DNA from: the human T2T-CHM13v2.0 reference genome, Homo sapiens
Reading direction: 5' to 3' (one strand)
Assembly: GCF_009914755.1 (NCBI RefSeq)
Contig: NC_060926.1
DNA length: 64,000 nucleotides
A program made the translations under genes and the position numbers. Below, piece after piece: positions 58,133 through 64,000 of the stretch. The notes beneath the pieces were generated by a model. It did no database searches. It was not told where the DNA came from and worked only from the letters and a program-made list of their open reading frames with translations. Each line of letters begins with the position of its first letter. The stretch's first letter is position 1.

Positions 58133-58524
58133 AAACTTTCTAAGAGCAAATAATGTAAATAATGTATCTGTCACCCATTGCACAGTGCCTAACCTTCCAC
58201 CACCCTCTAAGGAGCATCTCCTTAGGGCCCTTGAAGATGGGAAGGATTCTTCACAAGTGCAAATGACTGGAAGGCAGCCAGTATCTACAGTGTTGAGGTT
58301 TCTGTCCAGCTAAAAAAAATCTAGAGGAAAAGCACTGAGTGTTGGAGGAAATGGGTGGTGAAGATTTCCCTTGAATGGTTCTCACATCAGATCAGAGGGG
58401 TGTTGGGGAGGAATGTTAATTTTTTGCCTACAGACTAAAAATAATGGCAATTATTAGTGAATTAAAATATTCTTAACCTTTAACAGAAAGGGAACCTCCC
58501 AGAATGCAGATGTTTTTTCACTCC

Positions 58525-58635
58525 ACCAACATTTATTGAGCATCTAGTATGTGTTGATCTCTATGATGGGAGCTGGGAAGACATAGCTGTGAAGAAGGGC
58601 AAGCATCTCTGTGGACCTATTTCCTAGTAGGATGA
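58525..58635 (-). mobile_element. L2 3' fragment
   Basis: aacatttattgagcatctagtatgtg...gctgggaagacatagctgtgaa. Confidence 0.65.
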
Positions 58636-58833
58636 CAAGAAGGCAGGCATTGTCTCAAACCAGGGCATGACTCTCCCACAAACTCTAAAGGAAGCTGGTC
58701 AGTGGTTCTCCTTTTAATTTGCATAATCTGTATGGTTTGATTCTGACATCTGAGGCAGGTAAGATTTTTCATTTTTTGCCTGTCATGCCACTTGTTCTTT
58801 GTGTTTATTATTATTTTTTAATAAAAAAATTGT

Positions 58834-59167
<334 letters not shown>

Positions 59168-60329
59168 TTACTAGTGAGCATCTGGCCTGGGTGTTTTCCA
59201 TTAGCATGAAAATTCAGAAGGCTACAGAAGGAAATACCTATAATTGAGCAGCGAGAGAGCCACTTCATTCTGTGGCCAGGCAATATGTCTTGCATTTCTC
59301 TAGTGTAAATAAAATGATGATTCAAAGAATGGTCCCCATTAATGAGTATCTGATTTAGAATAAAACAAAATCCATGCTGGGAAGTTGATGAGCTTGATTT
59401 TGCTGAATTGCTTTGAGCTTGCAGCTTATATTTATTGGTTCTTTCCTTTCGACAATTGTCACCAGTTGTCTGCTGTTCTTTCGGGAGAGGGCTTGAAGGT
59501 TGATTTTAGTTCCCTGTAACTGGAGGTGACATGTGAAAGCTCAAAGCTATTGAAAAGGTAGGTGATTATTAAAATGTAATGTGTTTCTGTTTTCCTGATT
59601 ATGACCTCCCAGTCTTGCAATTTGCTGCCAAGCACGTGCCGAAGCTGGAGCACAGGTGGCGAGGTGTCTTTCAGGCTTTGGGAGAGTTTTAGATCATATT
59701 AACTATTGACTTATTCCTTTTTCCTAATCCTTTTCAATAGTAGACATGCTGAAAAATTAATATACAGGGAGAAAGAGATGCATGGTTATCTACGAGGCTG
59801 TCTGTGAAGAGAGAGAAGGAAACGGAGTGAGAGAAGGAGAAAAAAAAGAGAAAGGGAGAGAGAAAAACATGGAGCGGGGGTCGGGGGGAGAGAGAGACGA
59901 CAGCACATAATTAAGCAGAAATAACACTTAAAAACAATTGGTGCAGAAGGGTATTTTCCAGAAAAGCAATAGAGCCCTGTTTGAGCACATGCTCCACTTG
60001 CATTAACCATGCATTAAAATTAGAGGCAATTCACTTCTGCACATTCTCTGTTGGTTCCTTGTTAGGCTCCAACTCACCACTCCAATGTGCTTGATCAGAT
60101 GAGAATGACTGGAGTAGGGGGCTCTGGAAACTCTAAATGCCTGTCTTATAAAAAGCAGGAATCACAGTCAAGTGAGAAAACAGTTTTATTGGAGGTAAAT
60201 GCTGGGTGCCCTACACAGGGGACTGGGACTCATGATCATTAGGGCACAGACATGATGCCTTCAAGAGAGCTGATGGAAAAGAGCGGTTAGTTTTCCAGCA
60301 CGACTGTTAGAATTAGGCAAGCTGGGTCA

Positions 60330-60495
60330 ATTAAAAGAGCAGGTGCTCTGTAGCTAGTTAGCTGTGTGAAGGATTTTTTTGGCTTGCGGGAGCCTCTGTT
60401 TTCTCATCTATCAAGTGGGACTAATACCTATGTCTAAGGAATAAGCAATGTCCCTATGCACCCACAATAATTCCTAGCATACTGCGTGTATCAGT
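60330..60495 (+). mobile_element. MIR fragment
   Basis: gagcctctgttttctcatctatcaagtgggactaata. Confidence 0.65.
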
Positions 60496-61565
60496 TATGG
60501 AAAACTGGGACTTCATCAATAGATAATATAGATATTTAAATTAGGGTAGACTCCAAGAGGGAACATATTCTGTTACATGTAGGCTGTGTCCATAGGGACA
60601 AAACAAAAGAATTCATATCCCAAGCCTCCTGCCTTTATGACTGTTTTCTATTCTTATTCTTATTCATGTGATGACTAATTTATGTTCATAAATCTCAGAC
60701 CCACCACCCCTTTTCTACACCCCCTGCAAAGCAATATTGAACTAAAAGCTACCAAATCATTATCCCTTCTTCTGAACTGGGGAAGGTATACAAAAATATA
60801 GTCTCTTTACTTAAATGCACACAGACTGTGGTGAAAATGACACGACACTTAATCCATATTACTTCCTCCCATTTCAGGGGCAGAAGTTCTCCTCACACAC
60901 AAAGGACACTGGTCCCTTAGGAGGTTCTTGTGCAGATCTGGATGGGGAGTGTGGGGTCCTCACAGTTTTCATGGGCATCTGCCTGGACTGCTCAGCCCTC
61001 CCCTGCTACACACTGTGATCATGCAGCAGGCTGGGTCGGGAATCCCTGGAAAGGAGCATCACGTGGAGCTCCAGGAGGGAACAGGCTTACAACAAAAGCC
61101 ACCCTCTCCGTGAAATCAGATCCATCTCTGCCCCTGGGGGGCCCAGTGGCAGTTGAGCATGCTTATAGATGGCATAAATCACTTGCAGAACCTCAAGAAA
61201 CAATTAACTCAGATTGAAAGTAGCTGATAAGGTTTCACTGCCTTGCGTGTTTATGTCCTTTGTTTCAGCTTTTGGTCTTGAGACGGGGAGGATTAAAATT
61301 GTTTCAAGGGCCAGGTTGCAAGGAAGGACCAGTAGTTAAGTCAGCTACACTTAGCTGTACTGGCCCTTAGATGTGGCATCTGTTTCACATTCTAAGCAAT
61401 TTGAATACTCACAGGTTTGCCTTCTTAAAATAAATGTACACACCCACCCTACCCCACTTCCCCCTCAAGAAACACCAGAAATTAATTGATCTTTCTGAGA
61501 AGTCAACCTGACAATTTAGAGTGGGTCAATAGACTTAGATGTAGAGAAAATGACAATTCTGTAGT

Positions 61566-61645
61566 TAGATAGATAAATAGGTAAGTGAGTAGATGGGTGG
61601 GTGGATGGATGGATGGATGGATGGATAGATAGATATATAGATATC
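61566..61645. repeat. (GGAT)n/(GATA)n low-complexity repeat
   Basis: Direct reading. Confidence 0.85.
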
Positions 61646-61717
61646 CTAAAAATGTCTTGCAGAAAGAAACCAGGCTACCAACAGAGAAGACTTTGTATGT
61701 CTGTTTAGACCCACCTT

Positions 61718-61843
61718 GTTTTTCAGAGATGGAATCCTGCCATGTTGCTCAGGGCAGTTTCAAACTCCTGGGCTCAAATGATCATCCCGCCTTGGCCTCC
61801 CAAGTAGCTGGGACTACAGGCATGAACCACCAAGCCCAGCTCA
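61718..61843 (-). mobile_element. FLAM (Alu left monomer)
   Basis: agagatgg...ccatgttgctcagg...aactcctgggctcaa...ccgccttggcctcccaagtagctggg. Confidence 0.85.
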
Positions 61844-62444
61844 GCTCCTTCACTTTAGATTTGATAAGGCATCACTCCATCACTCAACCATTGCCCAATG
61901 CAGGAAGAGCTCATGGAAATGCTGAGGGCTGGAGAACACTTCCATTTGTAAAGAACTATGCTAAGAGCCGTTGCCTTCATTTTGGGAAGAGTACTTATGT
62001 ATTTTTCTAATTATAAAACCAATATAAGTTTATGGAAAAAATTTGGAAAATATGAGAAGTATTCTACAACATTAAAATTATCACTAGCTCTACTCTCTGA
62101 TATTTTAATGCATTTCTTTCCAGTTGCAAAGGCTTCCACACACAACTGCAGTAGGGAGGGCGCAGGAAGTGGGTCAACGCTTTTGGAGGACTGGGTGAAG
62201 TTCAGGATCCTGAGGCCCTACTTTTTGGTCGCCCAGGTGAGACGTTTCAAGGCTGGACCTAGGGGAGACCTCTGTTCTGTGCATTTTTTCATCCAGAGGA
62301 GGATGCTTAGACCACATTCTTCCCATAGTTTCAGTCCTCAAGTTCTGCAAGTTTTTATAAGCAGCTGCAATGGTCTTTAGTCCAAGGTCTTCATAAGCAG
62401 TTGCAATTGCCCCAGAGGTAGGGGAAAGCTAAATCAATATTTAA

Positions 62445-62834
<390 letters not shown>

Positions 62835-62835
62835 T

Positions 62836-63215
62836 AATATAATAGTTGTACATATTTAGTGGGATACATGCAATATTTTGATAGCTGTATACAAGGTTTA
62901 ATGACCAAATCAGTAACTGGTATACCCATCATTTCAAACATTTATCTTTGCTTTGAGAGAATTACAAATCTTTTCTTCTAGCTATTTTGAAATATAAATA
63001 AATTATTGTTAGCTCTAATTTACCTACTGTACTATCAAATACTAGAACTCATTCCATTTCTCTAAATGTATTTTTGTACCCCTTAACTTACTTCTCTTCA
63101 TCCCTCCTCCACCCTTCCCTTCCTAGCCTCTGGTATCCACCCTTTTGCTCTCTACCTCCATGAGATCCACTTTTTAGCTTTCACGTATGAGTGAGAACAT
63201 GCAATATTTGTCTAT
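62836..63215 (-). mobile_element. L1MA 3' end
   Basis: ataatagttgtacatattt...gggatacatg...ttctagctattttgaaatata...atgagtgagaacatgcaatatttgtct. Confidence 0.88.
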
Positions 63216-63259
63216 TTGGCATTACTAAAAGCCCCTGTCTTACAATGGGAGAAATGCTT

Positions 63260-63370
63260 TGGCAGAAAAAGCACAGAGCTGAGATTCAGGGGTCCTGGGT
63301 TCCTCCTACCCCATACTTGGTTGTGTGATCTTGGGCAAATTGTATCCTTTCTGGAGATGGGGATTGGGGC
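63260..63370 (+). mobile_element. MIR fragment
   Basis: cctgggttc...tgtgtgatcttgggcaaatt. Confidence 0.55.
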
Positions 63371-64000
63371 AGCAGGGAGAAACTAAGTCAATGGCTTTTG
63401 CGTGGGAATGGGAGGACAGCTGCACAGTATAATCACCTTGGGAGCTTTTTCCAAATTGAAAAGACAAGATCTGTAAAAATTCTCCCTAGTCAAGCCCTTT
63501 GTGACTCACTAGGGATGTAGAGGGAGTGAAGAGGGTTGGTAGCAGCAGGTGGGGGCATGGCTGTGGGGACCAGGAGGCCACAAGCTTCAGGGGAGGAGGC
63601 TCTTTCTTCTGTTTCTGTTGAGCAGCTGTGTCACCCAGGCAACATTCAGCACCAGCCATCTGAGAGATCACCGCAGTTGGGGAGAGGGGGTAGGGGAGAA
63701 AAAGAGCAAAGATGCTGCTATGAACCAATTAGGTGGGGAAAAAAAGCCAACTCTTACTCTGTCTTCTGTTGCTGTGCTATGTTTTGCCTAGAGACATTGA
63801 CCATGAAGGAAGAAAGGCGTCCTTTTCTTTTTCCTCTGGCTTTAGTGTCCATCAAGACAAATTATTTCTCTATTCTAGTTTTTTAATTTTCTAGAAAGGA
63901 AGGAAAGCCTGTCTCTGGAGTTAGATTATTACTGTTCTTATCATTTCCCTGTGCTCTTCTAACTTTTTTAGTTATCCATCTTCTTTCCCTCTTCAATAGA

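Overview
Non-coding human (primate) genomic DNA, AT-rich, with no recognisable protein-coding exon, RNA gene or CpG island. The ORF track is explained by Alu/L1/LTR read-through, microsatellites and chance. An AluYb8-type insertion points to Homo sapiens. Much of the window is interspersed repeats: about 20 Alus, L1PB1/L1PA/L1M fragments, MaLR/ERVL/MER21 LTRs, Tigger2a, MER2/3/5/30/53/58, MIR, L2 and CR1, with several clean nested insertions. I find no support for a novel gene system. Structures the standard repeats do not explain: (1) a probable 5'-truncated mRNA retrocopy (40.74-42.42 kb, minus strand) whose 5' end is fused to templated copies of two segments lying 3.7-4 kb downstream, joined by microhomology and stutter; (2) a perfect 120-bp tandem duplication at 32.42 kb; (3) a 145-bp ungapped diverged duplicate pair (2.76 and 5.07 kb) with nested inverted repeats, flanking an AP-1-rich block; (4) an internally deleted, monomer-length AluYb8 with intact TSD; (5) several repeat-free, CpG-retaining, motif-dense blocks that look like enhancers or CTCF sites. 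Repeat subfamily calls come from recalled consensus sequences, not an alignment, and boundaries of old repeats are approximate.
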